The notes beneath the pieces were generated by a model that saw nothing but the letters and a program-made list of their open reading frames with translations, did no database searches and was not told the origin of the DNA. Below, one piece after another: positions 20,201 to 28,600 of a stretch of DNA of 56,508 bases. A program made the translations under genes and the position numbers. Numbering within the stretch: the stretch's first letter is position 1; the number at the start of each line of letters is the position of its first letter. Source of the stretch: a virus. Taxonomy: Duplodnaviria > Caudoviricetes. The DNA is taken from IMG/VR virus record IMGVR_UViG_3300042402_005492, positions 1-56,508 of that record, one strand, 5' to 3'.

Positions 20201-23200
20201 GGTGAATTATATTATTTCGATGTAAGTGGAGTTTCGGCATCACATCCTTTTGCTTTAAGATTAGCAACAGGTTCAAATGCAGAAGTACCTGGTACAATAA
20301 ATAATGATCCAATAAATGGTTTATATGGTAGTGGTTCACTAATAGAATATAGAGTACCGGATAGTGCACCTAATAGTATAGTATACCAATGTGCGGTTCA
20401 CTCTAATATGATTGGTATTATACTAATTGTAAATAAAAACGGAACATCGGGAACAAGTGGTACTTCTGGTACATCAGGTACAAGTGGTACTAATGGCACT
20501 TCGGGTACAAGTGGAACTTCAGGAACAAGTGGAACTTCAGGAACAAGTGGTACTTCTGGTACTTCTGGAACCAGTGGTACATCTGGAACCAGTGGTACAT
20601 CCGGAACTTCTGGAACTTCTGGAACAAGTGGTTCATCTGGCAGTAGCGGTACATCAGGTTCATCTGGAAGTAGTGGTTCATCTGGAAGTTCTGGAAGTAG
20701 TGGAACATCTGGAAGTAGTGGTTCATCTGGAAGTAGTGGTTCATCTGGAACAACAGGTTCTGCTGGAACATCGGGTTCATCTGGAACATCTGGTTCATCT
20801 GGAACATCTGGTAGTGGGGGATCATCTGGAAGCAGTGGTTCAAGTGGTTCTTCAGGAAGTAGTGGTTCGTCTGGTACAACTGGTTCAAGCGGCACATCCG
20901 GTAGTGGAGGAACATCTGGTTCTTCTGGCAGTGGAGGAACATCTGGAAGTAATGGTTCCGCTGGTACATCTGGTAGTGGGGGAACATCTGGTTCATCTGG
21001 TACAAGTGGTGTAAGTGGTTCAGCCGGTACTTCGGGTAGTAGCGGTACATCTGGAAGTAGAGGTACTTCAGGTAGTAGCGGTACATCTGGTAGAGATGGT
21101 TCATCTGGAAGTAGTGGTACATCTGGTAGAGATGGAACTTCGGGAACATCAGGTACAAGTGGAACTTCGGGAACAAGTGGAACTTCAGGAACAAGTGGTA
21201 CTTCAGGAACAAGTGGTACTTCAGGAACAAGTGGTACTTCAGGAACAAGTGGTACTTCTGGTACAAGTGGAAGCAGTGGAAGTAGTGGAACATCTGGTAC
21301 AAGTGGAAGTAGTGGAACAAGCGGAACAAGTGGAACAAGCGGTAGTGGTGGTACTTCTGGAACTTCTGGAAGTAGTGGTACATCTGGAACTACTGGAAGT
21401 AGTGGTACAAGTGGTACATCTGGAACAAGTGGTACATCTGGAACTTCTGGAAGTAGTGGTACAAGTGGTACATCTGGAACAAGTGGTACATCTGGAACTT
21501 CCGGAACGAGTGGAACATCTGGTATAGATGGTACATCTGGGACAAGCGGAACTTCGGGAACAAATGGAACATCTGGCTCAGCTGGAACTTCGGGTACAAG
21601 TGGTATAAGTGGTACTGATGGAACTTCTGGAACATCTGGTATAGATGGAACTTCGGGAACTTCGGGAACTTCGGGAACAAGTGGTACTTCTGGAACAAGT
21701 GGAACCTCGGGAACAAGTGGAACTTCGGGAACAAGTGGAACTGCTGGTTCATCTGGAACGAGTGGGATAGATGGAACTTCTGGAACTAGTGGAACTAGTG
21801 GAAGTAGTGGTACTTCTGGAACTAGTGGTACAAGCGGTACTTCTGGTTTAGATGGAACTTTCTTCGGTAGTAGTGGTACATCAGGAACAAGTGGCACTTC
21901 TGGTACAAGTGGAAGTAGTGGTACATCAGGAACTAGTGGTACAAGTGGTACATCTGGTTTAGATGGTACATTCTTTGGAACTAGCGGAACTAGCGGAACT
22001 AGCGGAACTAGTGGTACTTCTGGTACTTCTGGGACAAGTGGAACATCGGGAACAAGTGGTACTTCAGGTACAAGTGGAGTAGATGGAACATTCTTTGGTA
22101 GCAGTGGTTCATCGGGAACAAGTGGAACATCTGGTACAAGTGGTAGTAGTGGAACAAGTGGTACATCAGGAACAAGTGGAACTTCTGGTTTAGATGGTAC
22201 ATTCTTTGGTTCATCTGGAACAAGTGGTACTTCTGGAACATCTGGTACTAATGGAACTAGTGGAAGTTCGGGTACTAATGGTACTTCAGGAACATCTGGA
22301 ACAAGTGGAGTTGATGGTACATTCTTCGGTAGTAGTGGAACTACTGGCACGAGTGGTACAAGTGGAACTACTGGTACAAGTGGAACTACTGGTACGAGTG
22401 GTACTTCTGGGACAAGTGGAGTGGATGGAACCTTCTTTGGAAGTAGTGGAACTACTGGTACGAGTGGTACTTCTGGTGTAAGTGCTACTGATGGAACTAG
22501 TGGTACAAGTGGAACATCTGGTTTAGATGGTACTTTCTTCGGTAGTAGTGGTACAAGTGGAACTGCTGGAACAAGTGGTACTAATGGTACATCTGGTGTA
22601 AGTGGTACTGATGGTACATCCGGAACAAGTGGAACTTCTGGTTTAGATGGCACATTCTTTGGTTCATCTGGTACAAGTGGTACATCAGGAACTTCTGGAA
22701 CTGCTGGTATAAGTGGTACAAGTGGTACAAGTGGAAGTAGTGGAACTAGTGGATTAGATGGTACTTTCTTTGGTTCGTCTGGTACAAGTGGAACCGCGGG
22801 AACATCGGGCACTGCTGGAATTAGTGGAAGTAATGGAACAAGTGGTAGTAGTGGAACAAGTGGTACATCTGGTTTAGATGGTACATTCTTTGGAAGTAGT
22901 GGAAGTAGTGGAACTAGTGGAAGCAATGGTACTAGTGGAATTAGTGGTACATCAGGAACTTCTGGACTAGGTACAAGTGGAACAAGTGGTAGAGATGGTA
23001 CATTTTTCGGAAGTAGTGGTTCATCTGGAATTAGTGGAAGTAGTGGAAGTAGTGGGGTTAGTGGCACTTCGGGAACATCTGGTGTAGGTACAAGTGGTAC
23101 TTCTGGATTTTTACTACTATCTGGAACTACTGATAACGGAGTATTAACATATATCAATTCATCAGGACAAGGACAGGTTGAGTCAACCCTAACTTTTGAT

Positions 23201-23563
23201 GGTACTATTTTATCAGTAACTGGGCATGTTGCACCGACTACATTTAGAGAAGTTCACTCTGCATTAGGTAGTGGAGGAAGTTTTACTATAAATCTCGCTA
23301 CCGCAAATAACTTTAGTAGAACTGTAACTGGTGGTGGAACAGTGACTGTTGCATTTAGTAACCCACCTTCTGGTAGAGCATTTGGATTTACTTTAGCATT
23401 AACAGATGGTGGTTCCGCTACAATTCAGTGGCCAGCTGGTGTTAGATACGCGGATGGTACTGCACCTATTTTGACCTCAAGTGGAACGGATGTATTGACA
23501 TTCTACACATTTGATGCAGGAAGTACTTATTATGGATTTTTAGTTGGACGAAATATGAGTTAA
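14237..23563 (+). CDS. Giant fibre-like virion protein (3108 aa): ~60-aa repeats, two cupredoxin-like domains, ~890-aa Gly-X-Y tract, C-terminal beta domain
   Basis: Repeats IASGS(V/I)TASVSPDRGFVV...FSGS.FLSSGSF.SGSG.GLFDIP; H...CxxHxxM sites; (GTS/GSS)n tract; C-terminal WP......G.AP.LT....DVLTF motif common in fibre proteins. Confidence 0.75.
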   Translation: MAKSNLLSGRVRVVNPKDVSNDRYQFLDLSQAEPNLGVPDFSASLSGSPAIVVSDSDGNRGFVRSLDLDRVTGQFTGSFTGSFTGDGSELINLPAATFIASGSSTASFVEGDLVVNTNTTILGNLIVSQSIIADQLIVNLISSSVIYSSGSNIFGNEVTDIQQFTGSVQIQTELIANSITASSATGSFTGSFRGDGSGLFNVPAEVAPLIASGSVTASVSDTLGFVVSSSVSGSLFFGDVRLASGSVFSGSGRDLFNIPRSALTEDAQISSLIASGSVTASVSDNFGFVVSSSASGSLFFGDVRLASGSVFSGSGRDLFNIPRSALTEDAQISALIASGSVTASVSPDRGFVVESVDNGSTFSGSIFLSSGSFFSGSGAGLFDIPQSALSQEVFRIASGSITASVSPDRGFVVESEESGSTFSGSIFLSSGSFYSGSGAGLFDIPQSALSQEVFRIASGSITASVSPDRGFVVESVDIGSHFTGSVNVFGSVRSTAGFFSGSGAQLFDIPLSALAEEVTAATKIQSGSVTASVSPVDGFVVISPNSGSLFFGDVKLVSGSVFSGSGAGLFDIPKSALADDVFISNLIASGSITASVSPDRGFVVESEESGSTFSGSVFLSSGSFFSGSGAGLFDIPQSALSQEIFRITSGSVTASVSPERGFVVESEESGSTFSGSIFLSSGSFISGSGIGLFDIPFSALSQELFRISSGSVTASALPDRGFVVESVDSGSTFSGSIFLSSGSFYSGSGAGLFDIPQSALAFEINQIASGSVTASVSPVDGFVVTSFDSGSSFFGDVKLQTGSFSGSGANLFDIPRSALSEEVFRIASGSITASVSPDKGFLVESEESGSTFSGSIFLSSGSFYSGSGAGLFDIPQSAITEDAIRIATGSVTASVDVNTGFVVQSPDFGSTISGSLVIDTTHTNFTPDVTTFEVSNNGFSAYVINGEENPTLTLTEGETYTFNINASGHPFWIKTVNSTGTGNAYNDGVTNNGTDNGTITFVVAIGAPTTLYYNCQFHSSMFGTINIVEASEEAPVNTGVKIIGDTEIDGDITITGSLIISSSNTFRNIGPAQFTGSLFITGGNVIVASGSFFSGSGEGLFDIPRAALADDALISNIMSSGSVTASVSDEFGFVVTSVLSGSIFSGSVFLSSGSFFSGSGEKLINIPRSALTEDALISTEIKSGSVTASVSPDFGFVVISADSGSEFTGSVDVSGSVTAQFFIGDGSQLTNVQAAAAPLIASGSATASVASGDTFVVTSPVSGSQFTGSINVTGSISASLFQGDGSGLFNLDFSEITIASQLIASGSVTASTSPDRGFVVLSADSGSEFTGSINVSGSVTAFSFIGDGSQLTNVQAAAAPLIASGSATASVASGDTFVVTSPVSGSQFTGSISVSGSINVSGSVTIVDGVYTGDGSGLFNIPPEAIENLELDRILSGSALALITTSSFNVNVPISGARFDGDGSGLFNIPPDALENLELDRIVTGSALAVISEPRGLEVNVPTTITGSLTVSGGLFLTGSNLVVGSGSIIIGDGSGLTNITIANLSFETELLNSGSAEARISPNLGLVTNVGVNVGGDLVVSESITAPQIISPNFTGSLSGTYRFDGEGPTASADYNLLRYDENRNYYIPQPEFSLTETVPFENVSDLTITHNLGIRYPVVQIYETGSLGTEEQIIPLAVIPLNENSVRITFSGLTSGHAVIGSGGSLISGTIQGDRVIGTVLSASYAINAGTAENVAGFDSASLSNLSASIAELNLDGYVTTNQTSSMSVFGAVSASYALTASFALNAGGTELYILHTGSIVQTETAKINFSGSGVDVIASGSDGVLVIINGGGGEGGTSDTASYIESINVDGPLGMDSVGFALTASFALNAAGVDTASFLNVNTDTTINASLVISGSLGVSGSVYFGDIDTGSLSQTVLVWDAATNRVEARDLAEASGTSGTAGTSGTSGTSGREGGGLFVVINEGFNYGIEGYADTTFPTLTVVRGELYYFDVSGVSASHPFALRLATGSNAEVPGTINNDPINGLYGSGSLIEYRVPDSAPNSIVYQCAVHSNMIGIILIVNKNGTSGTSGTSGTSGTSGTNGTSGTSGTSGTSGTSGTSGTSGTSGTSGTSGTSGTSGTSGTSGTSGSSGSSGTSGSSGSSGSSGSSGSSGTSGSSGSSGSSGSSGTTGSAGTSGSSGTSGSSGTSGSGGSSGSSGSSGSSGSSGSSGTTGSSGTSGSGGTSGSSGSGGTSGSNGSAGTSGSGGTSGSSGTSGVSGSAGTSGSSGTSGSRGTSGSSGTSGRDGSSGSSGTSGRDGTSGTSGTSGTSGTSGTSGTSGTSGTSGTSGTSGTSGTSGTSGTSGSSGSSGTSGTSGSSGTSGTSGTSGSGGTSGTSGSSGTSGTTGSSGTSGTSGTSGTSGTSGSSGTSGTSGTSGTSGTSGTSGTSGIDGTSGTSGTSGTNGTSGSAGTSGTSGISGTDGTSGTSGIDGTSGTSGTSGTSGTSGTSGTSGTSGTSGTSGTAGSSGTSGIDGTSGTSGTSGSSGTSGTSGTSGTSGLDGTFFGSSGTSGTSGTSGTSGSSGTSGTSGTSGTSGLDGTFFGTSGTSGTSGTSGTSGTSGTSGTSGTSGTSGTSGVDGTFFGSSGSSGTSGTSGTSGSSGTSGTSGTSGTSGLDGTFFGSSGTSGTSGTSGTNGTSGSSGTNGTSGTSGTSGVDGTFFGSSGTTGTSGTSGTTGTSGTTGTSGTSGTSGVDGTFFGSSGTTGTSGTSGVSATDGTSGTSGTSGLDGTFFGSSGTSGTAGTSGTNGTSGVSGTDGTSGTSGTSGLDGTFFGSSGTSGTSGTSGTAGISGTSGTSGSSGTSGLDGTFFGSSGTSGTAGTSGTAGISGSNGTSGSSGTSGTSGLDGTFFGSSGSSGTSGSNGTSGISGTSGTSGLGTSGTSGRDGTFFGSSGSSGISGSSGSSGVSGTSGTSGVGTSGTSGFLLLSGTTDNGVLTYINSSGQGQVESTLTFDGTILSVTGHVAPTTFREVHSALGSGGSFTINLATANNFSRTVTGGGTVTVAFSNPPSGRAFGFTLALTDGGSATIQWPAGVRYADGTAPILTSSGTDVLTFYTFDAGSTYYGFLVGRNMS
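14860..18700 (+). repeat. Tandem ~180-nt (~60-aa) repeats in the 3108-aa gene
   Basis: More than 15 copies of IASGSVTASVS...G(S/D)G.GL(F/T)(D/N)I; several are near-identical at the DNA level. Confidence 0.85.
20441..23107 (+). repeat. Gly-X-Y (mainly GTS/GSS) tract of ~890 codons with 11 periodic DGTFFG interruptions in its 3' half
   Basis: 9-nt period GGNACNAGT/GGNACNTCN; seen directly in the translation. Confidence 0.95.
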
Positions 23564-23565
23564 TT

Positions 23566-24453
23566 ATGGGAATATTTAGAAGATTAATACCCTCTGATGA
23601 GGAAGTAGTGCCGTTTAGAGTACAGGTAACAACATCAGTATCAAATACTGTGTTTACATTGCCATTGGTAAACTATGGCACATTTACACCTAATTTTTCG
23701 GTAAATTGGGGCGATGCTAGTAGTGGTACCGTAGTATCAATTACAGACTCGAATAGAATACACACTTATGTTAATCCTGGAGTTTATACTATAACTATAA
23801 CAGGTTTTATGCCTGGATGGAAAGTAAATAATAGTTCAGCAATTAGAACCCTTATAACTGGAATTATAGATTTTGGTAGAGTTGGATTGAGAACATTAGA
23901 TTTTTTTGGTTGTGGTAATATAACTTCTATACCTGCATCTGGAACTATGGAAGTTGGATATGATGGATTGAGTGAAATGGTTTCATTTGCTGGTTTTATG
24001 AGAGGTACTGGTATAACAACAATACCTACTGATATATTCCAATCATCACCTTTAGCACAAACATTTACAGATAGTTTTTCATTTACATCTATAACTTCGA
24101 TACCATCTGGTTTATTTTCATCAAATCCTTTAGCATCTGTATTCAGTGGTACATTTAACGGATGTCAATCACTAAGTTCATATCCATCTAATTTATTTGA
24201 TGCATGTCCAAATGTAATTAACTTTTCATCTACATTTAGAAATTGTAGAGCTTTAACACAACCATTACAATTTACATTTAACACTCAAGTTACCACTTTT
24301 GGTAATATTTATAACATGGTTTCAACTACAAACTCTATGAGTGGAACTGCACCAACTTTGTGGTTAAGAGTACCTGAACCATTGGGAACTGCGGCATTTA
24401 GAAATTGTACTGGATTGAGTAATTTTGCTTCTATACCTGTAAACTTTAAGTAA
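23566..24453 (+). CDS. PKD-like N-terminal domain plus BspA-type leucine-rich-repeat surface protein
   Basis: VNWGD....HTY..PG.YTITITG; repeats ITSIPSGLF...F.GC.SL and F.NC..L. Confidence 0.65.
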   Translation: MGIFRRLIPSDEEVVPFRVQVTTSVSNTVFTLPLVNYGTFTPNFSVNWGDASSGTVVSITDSNRIHTYVNPGVYTITITGFMPGWKVNNSSAIRTLITGIIDFGRVGLRTLDFFGCGNITSIPASGTMEVGYDGLSEMVSFAGFMRGTGITTIPTDIFQSSPLAQTFTDSFSFTSITSIPSGLFSSNPLASVFSGTFNGCQSLSSYPSNLFDACPNVINFSSTFRNCRALTQPLQFTFNTQVTTFGNIYNMVSTTNSMSGTAPTLWLRVPEPLGTAAFRNCTGLSNFASIPVNFK

Positions 24454-24455
24454 TT

Positions 24456-24902
24456 ATGTATTTAAGAATAAAAAACGAAACTATTGAATACCCATATACT
24501 CTATTACAATTAAGAAGAGATGAGAATACTGTTAGCTTCCCTCAAAATATAACTAATGATATTTTGGAAGCATTTGGTGTATATGTGGTGATGCAAACTC
24601 CAAAACCAAACGATTATACGAAAACCATAACAGAAGGTACACCGAATTTAGTAGATGGTGTATATTATCAAAATTGGGTATTGGAAGATAGTACAGAAAG
24701 TGAGATACAGTCTAGAATTGAGTATAAGTGGGATGAAATTAGAAATCTAAGAACTGAATTATTAAAAGAGTGTGATTGGAGAGTTTTACCTGATAGTCCT
24801 GTAGGCGATACTCTTAATAATTGGGTACAATATAGACAAGAATTAAGGAATATAACATCACAAGAAAATCCATTTAATATAGTATGGCCTACTCAACCTT
24901 AA
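24456..24902 (+). CDS. Tail fibre assembly chaperone-like protein
   Basis: C-terminal W..IR..R..LL.ECDW..LPD.P......W..YRQELR.IT.Q......WP..P signature. Confidence 0.75.
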   Translation: MYLRIKNETIEYPYTLLQLRRDENTVSFPQNITNDILEAFGVYVVMQTPKPNDYTKTITEGTPNLVDGVYYQNWVLEDSTESEIQSRIEYKWDEIRNLRTELLKECDWRVLPDSPVGDTLNNWVQYRQELRNITSQENPFNIVWPTQP

Positions 24903-24926
24903 ATGGGGATAAAAGATAAATAGTTT

Positions 24927-24935
24927 ATATTTATA
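24927..24935 (+). promoter_or_regulatory. Putative late promoter motif ATATTTATA
   Basis: Intergenic, before ATG 24951. Confidence 0.6.
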
Positions 24936-24950
24936 CACAAATAGAATGAT

Positions 24951-25253
24951 ATGAAAATACATAGTCCCAGTTTTTCTGGTTCAATAACACAAGATTTAGA
25001 TAATGCATACGCAGATCTTAGTGGTTCATTCACAGGATCATTCACAGGTTCATTTACAGGTGATATTTCAGTAAGTCAGGCAGAATTTGATATATTGACT
25101 GTTACAACTCAGACTAATTTATCAGGATCAGTATTTGCATCTGCATCATTTGAGGTAAACGGAAATGTAAATGTAATAAATGGTGGGGAATTGCAGGTTG
25201 AAGGTGTAAATGTATTGGATACTGCAATTGCATTTGCGATAGCATTAGGATAA
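24951..25253 (+). CDS. Short virion structural protein ending in AIAFAIALG
   Basis: 100 aa; (S/T)GSF repeats; C-terminal motif common in fibre-associated phage proteins. Confidence 0.6.
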   Translation: MKIHSPSFSGSITQDLDNAYADLSGSFTGSFTGSFTGDISVSQAEFDILTVTTQTNLSGSVFASASFEVNGNVNVINGGELQVEGVNVLDTAIAFAIALG

Positions 25254-25265
25254 AAAAATAAAAAA

Positions 25266-25598
25266 ATGGCAAACGTATTTAAGAATAGTGTAACTGGTTC
25301 AATTGGAATAACAAACACAAGGGTTTATCAAACACCGATATCTACCGTATCAACGGTTATTGGATTGAATGTTTCTAATGTAATTTCTAACAACATAAGT
25401 GTGAATGTGACGATAACCGATGCAACTGCAACTCAAACGAGATATTTAGTTAGAAATGCTTTAATAGTAGAAGGTAGTTCGATGGTGGTTGTTGGAGGTC
25501 TACAGAAAGTTGTATTAGAAAGTGGAGATTTTATATCAGTAGTATCATCAGCAGCGGCATCTGCTGATGTAATTGTTTCAGTTTTAGAGATATCATAA
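25266..25598 (+). CDS. Small virion structural beta protein
   Basis: 110 aa; MANVFKN...VYQTP.....VIGL.VSN ... KVVLESGD ... DVIVSVLEI. Confidence 0.65.
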   Translation: MANVFKNSVTGSIGITNTRVYQTPISTVSTVIGLNVSNVISNNISVNVTITDATATQTRYLVRNALIVEGSSMVVVGGLQKVVLESGDFISVVSSAAASADVIVSVLEIS

Positions 25599-25612
25599 AA
25601 GTTTTATATTAG

Positions 25613-28600
25613 ATGGATTATATAGGAAAAAACCCAAATGGATTAAATCAGCTCAGTTCTAGTTTAGTTTCTATTTTTGTAAGTGGAAGTAGAGTAGTTG
25701 ATATCAATACGGGTTCAGTTCAAGTTTACGGACAAGTTTCATCATCATTATTTAGAGGTGATGGTAGTGGATTATTCAATATACCGGCGGAGTCAATCGG
25801 TGATATTAACCGAATACGATCCGGTTCTGCTGAATTAGAAATATCCCCAAATAGAGGATTGGTAGGAAATACCAATTTATCATTATCGGGTTCTGCTGAT
25901 GTAAGTGGATCATTAAGAGTTGGGAAAGACCTTAATGTAAGTGGTAAAATAACTGCAGAATTAATAAATGTAAATATCGTTTCATCATCTATAATTTTTT
26001 CATCTGGAAGTAATATTTTTGGAGATAGTATAACTGATAAACACCAATTTACTGGTAGTTTAGGTATAAGTGGTAGTATTTTTGTTGATAAATTTGATGA
26101 AGATGAAACTACCAACGATGTATTGGTAATAAACCAATCTACCCAAAAAATAGGATTTAGAACTGCAGCCGCATCATCTGGTACTTCTGGTACATCTGGT
26201 TCATCTGGAAGTAGTGGTACAACGGGAAGTAGTGGTACATCAGGTTCTTCTGGGACATCTGGTAGTGGAGGAAGTAGTGGTACTTCGGGTACAAGTGGAA
26301 GTAGTGGTACTTCAGGTACTTCTGGTTCTAGTGGAACATCTGGTTCTAGTGGAACAACCGGTAGTGAAGGAACATCTGGTTCTTCTGGAAGTAGTGGTAG
26401 TAGTGGTTCATCTGGAACGAGCGGAACTTCAGGAACAAGTGGAAGTAGTGGTACATCTGGAAGCAGTGGCACATCTGGTTCGTCTGGAACTACAGGTAGT
26501 GAAGGAACTTCTGGAACATCAGGAACTTCTGGAACAAGTGGAACTTCTGGAATAGATGGAACCTCTGGAATAGATGGAACATCTGGTTCTTCTGGAGTAG
26601 ATGGTACATCGGGAACTTCTGGTATAAGCGGAGCGGGTGGTAGTAGTGGAACATCTGGAAGTAGTGGTTCATCTGGAAGTAGTGGAATAAGTGGAGCTGG
26701 TGGTTCAGCTGGAACATCAGGATCTTCTGGAAGTAGTGGTACAAGTGGTACTTCTGGTTCTGCTGGTACAAGTGGTACTTCTGGTACTTCTGGTTCATCT
26801 GGTGTAACTGGTGCTGGAGGTGGTAGTGGTTCATCTGGAACTGCTGGAACAAGTGGTAGTAGTGGTTCATCTGGAACTTCAGGAACTAGTGGAAGCAGTG
26901 GTTCATCTGGTAGTAGTGGAGAAAGTGGAAGTAGTGGAACTTCAGGAATATCTGGAAGTAGTGGAGAAAGTGGAAGCAGTGGTTCATCTGGAAGTAGTGG
27001 AAGTTCTGGTATATCAGGTACTTCAGGAACAAGTGGAGTAGATGGTTCTAGTGGAAGTAGTGGAATATCTGGAAGTAGTGGAATAGATGGAACATCTGGT
27101 TCTAGTGGTGTTTCTGGTTCATCTGGAAGTAGTGGTATAAGTGGTACATCAGGAACTAGTGGAAGTGCTGGAACGAGTGGTTCAGTAGGAACTAGTGGTT
27201 CAGCAGGAACTAGTGGAAGTGCAGGAAGTAGTGGTACATCTGGAAGTGGTGGTACTTCTGGCTCTAGTGGAACAAGTGGAAGCGGTGGTACATCTGGTTC
27301 TGGTGGAACATCAGGAAGCGGTGGAACATCTGGGACTAGAGGTACTGCTGGCAGTGGTGGAACTTCTGGTTCTGGTGGTACATCTGGTTCTGGTGGTACA
27401 TCTGGTTCTGGAGGAACATCTGGTTTATTAGCATTAACTGGTACAACTGATAATGGTGTAATTACCTTAAACGGAACTGCTCCAAACGCAACGGTTGAAA
27501 GTAATTTAACTTTTAATGGTGCTACTAATTTATTAACAGTTACTGGTGATGTAACTGCAACCTCTTATTATAATGCGCAAGCAAATAGTGGATATCGATT
27601 AAGAAATGCTGCTAATAGTGCAAATGTGGGTGGATTTACTCGTAGAGGTTTATGGGAAGGTAATGCAAATTATGACCCTGCTTTATGGGCTGAAACTGGA
27701 TATGGTCTTTATTTTTATACAGATGGAAGTGCTACAATAAAAGGTTTATTGGATACAACCGGTAATTTTACTTTATCAGGTAATTTAGTATCAGCACAAG
27801 TTAATACTGGACAAGGTTTAACTGAAGTTCATTTGATGAACCAAAATATTCGTACAACTGATGATGTAACTTTTGGTAACATAACAGTTTCTGGAGCAAG
27901 TAAAGGATTATATTTTACAGGAGGTAATAACAGAATATATTTTGCTGGTAATAGAGCGATAGAAGGAAATGGAACTAATCTGCAAATAGGAGAAGGACAT
28001 TCTCTAACTCTATTACAAAGTACAACCACTAGTGTCGGTGGAGCTACATCAGGAAGAATTAACTTTGGAACAGATGGACCCGATATTGCACTTTTTAGAG
28101 ATAATAGCTATGATTTAGTTTTACAACAGGGAGCTTCTTCTGGCAATGCACTATATATGGCAGGAGCTGGAAATGTTGTTGTTAGCATTGATAGTAATAA
28201 CAATGAAACTGATAGAAAATTCATAGTAGGTAGTAATGCAATAAAATCATCAAATGAATTATTTTCCGTAAATGAAAGTGGTACTGTATTTGCATCGAAT
28301 AATTTTAGAGCACCAATATTCTATGACTCCAACAACACAGGATTTTATGCAGATCCAAATAGTACTTCTAAATTTAATACATTAAATGTGGATAACCTTA
28401 ATACGGGTAACTACGTTAATATTGGATATACTAATAACGGTGGTGAATCAATAGCAACATCTGCATTTAGAGGAATTGATTTCCACACTACTGGAGATTT
28501 TAATTATTATATAGGTAAACCTGCAGGTGCGTGGACACAACCTTTACACATCCATTTCTACACCGGCATCAGGTTAAGAGCACACCAAGCATATGGTGGT

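Noticed and set aside
21840-23010. Regularly spaced GATGG(A/T/C)AC.TT(C/T)TT(T/C)GG repeats resembling a CRISPR array
   Set aside because: Repeats vary at synonymous positions, spacers are themselves GTS repeats, all is in frame within a CDS, and no cas genes are present.
20398-23157. 919-aa minus-strand ORF (VPL/VPE/VPD repeats) and other alternative-frame ORFs over the GTS tract
   Set aside because: Shadow ORFs of the GGN-ACN-AGT/TCN repeat, which lacks stops in several frames; no expression signals.
25726-27431. Overlapping ORFs across the second Gly-X-Y tract
   Set aside because: Same low-complexity artefact.
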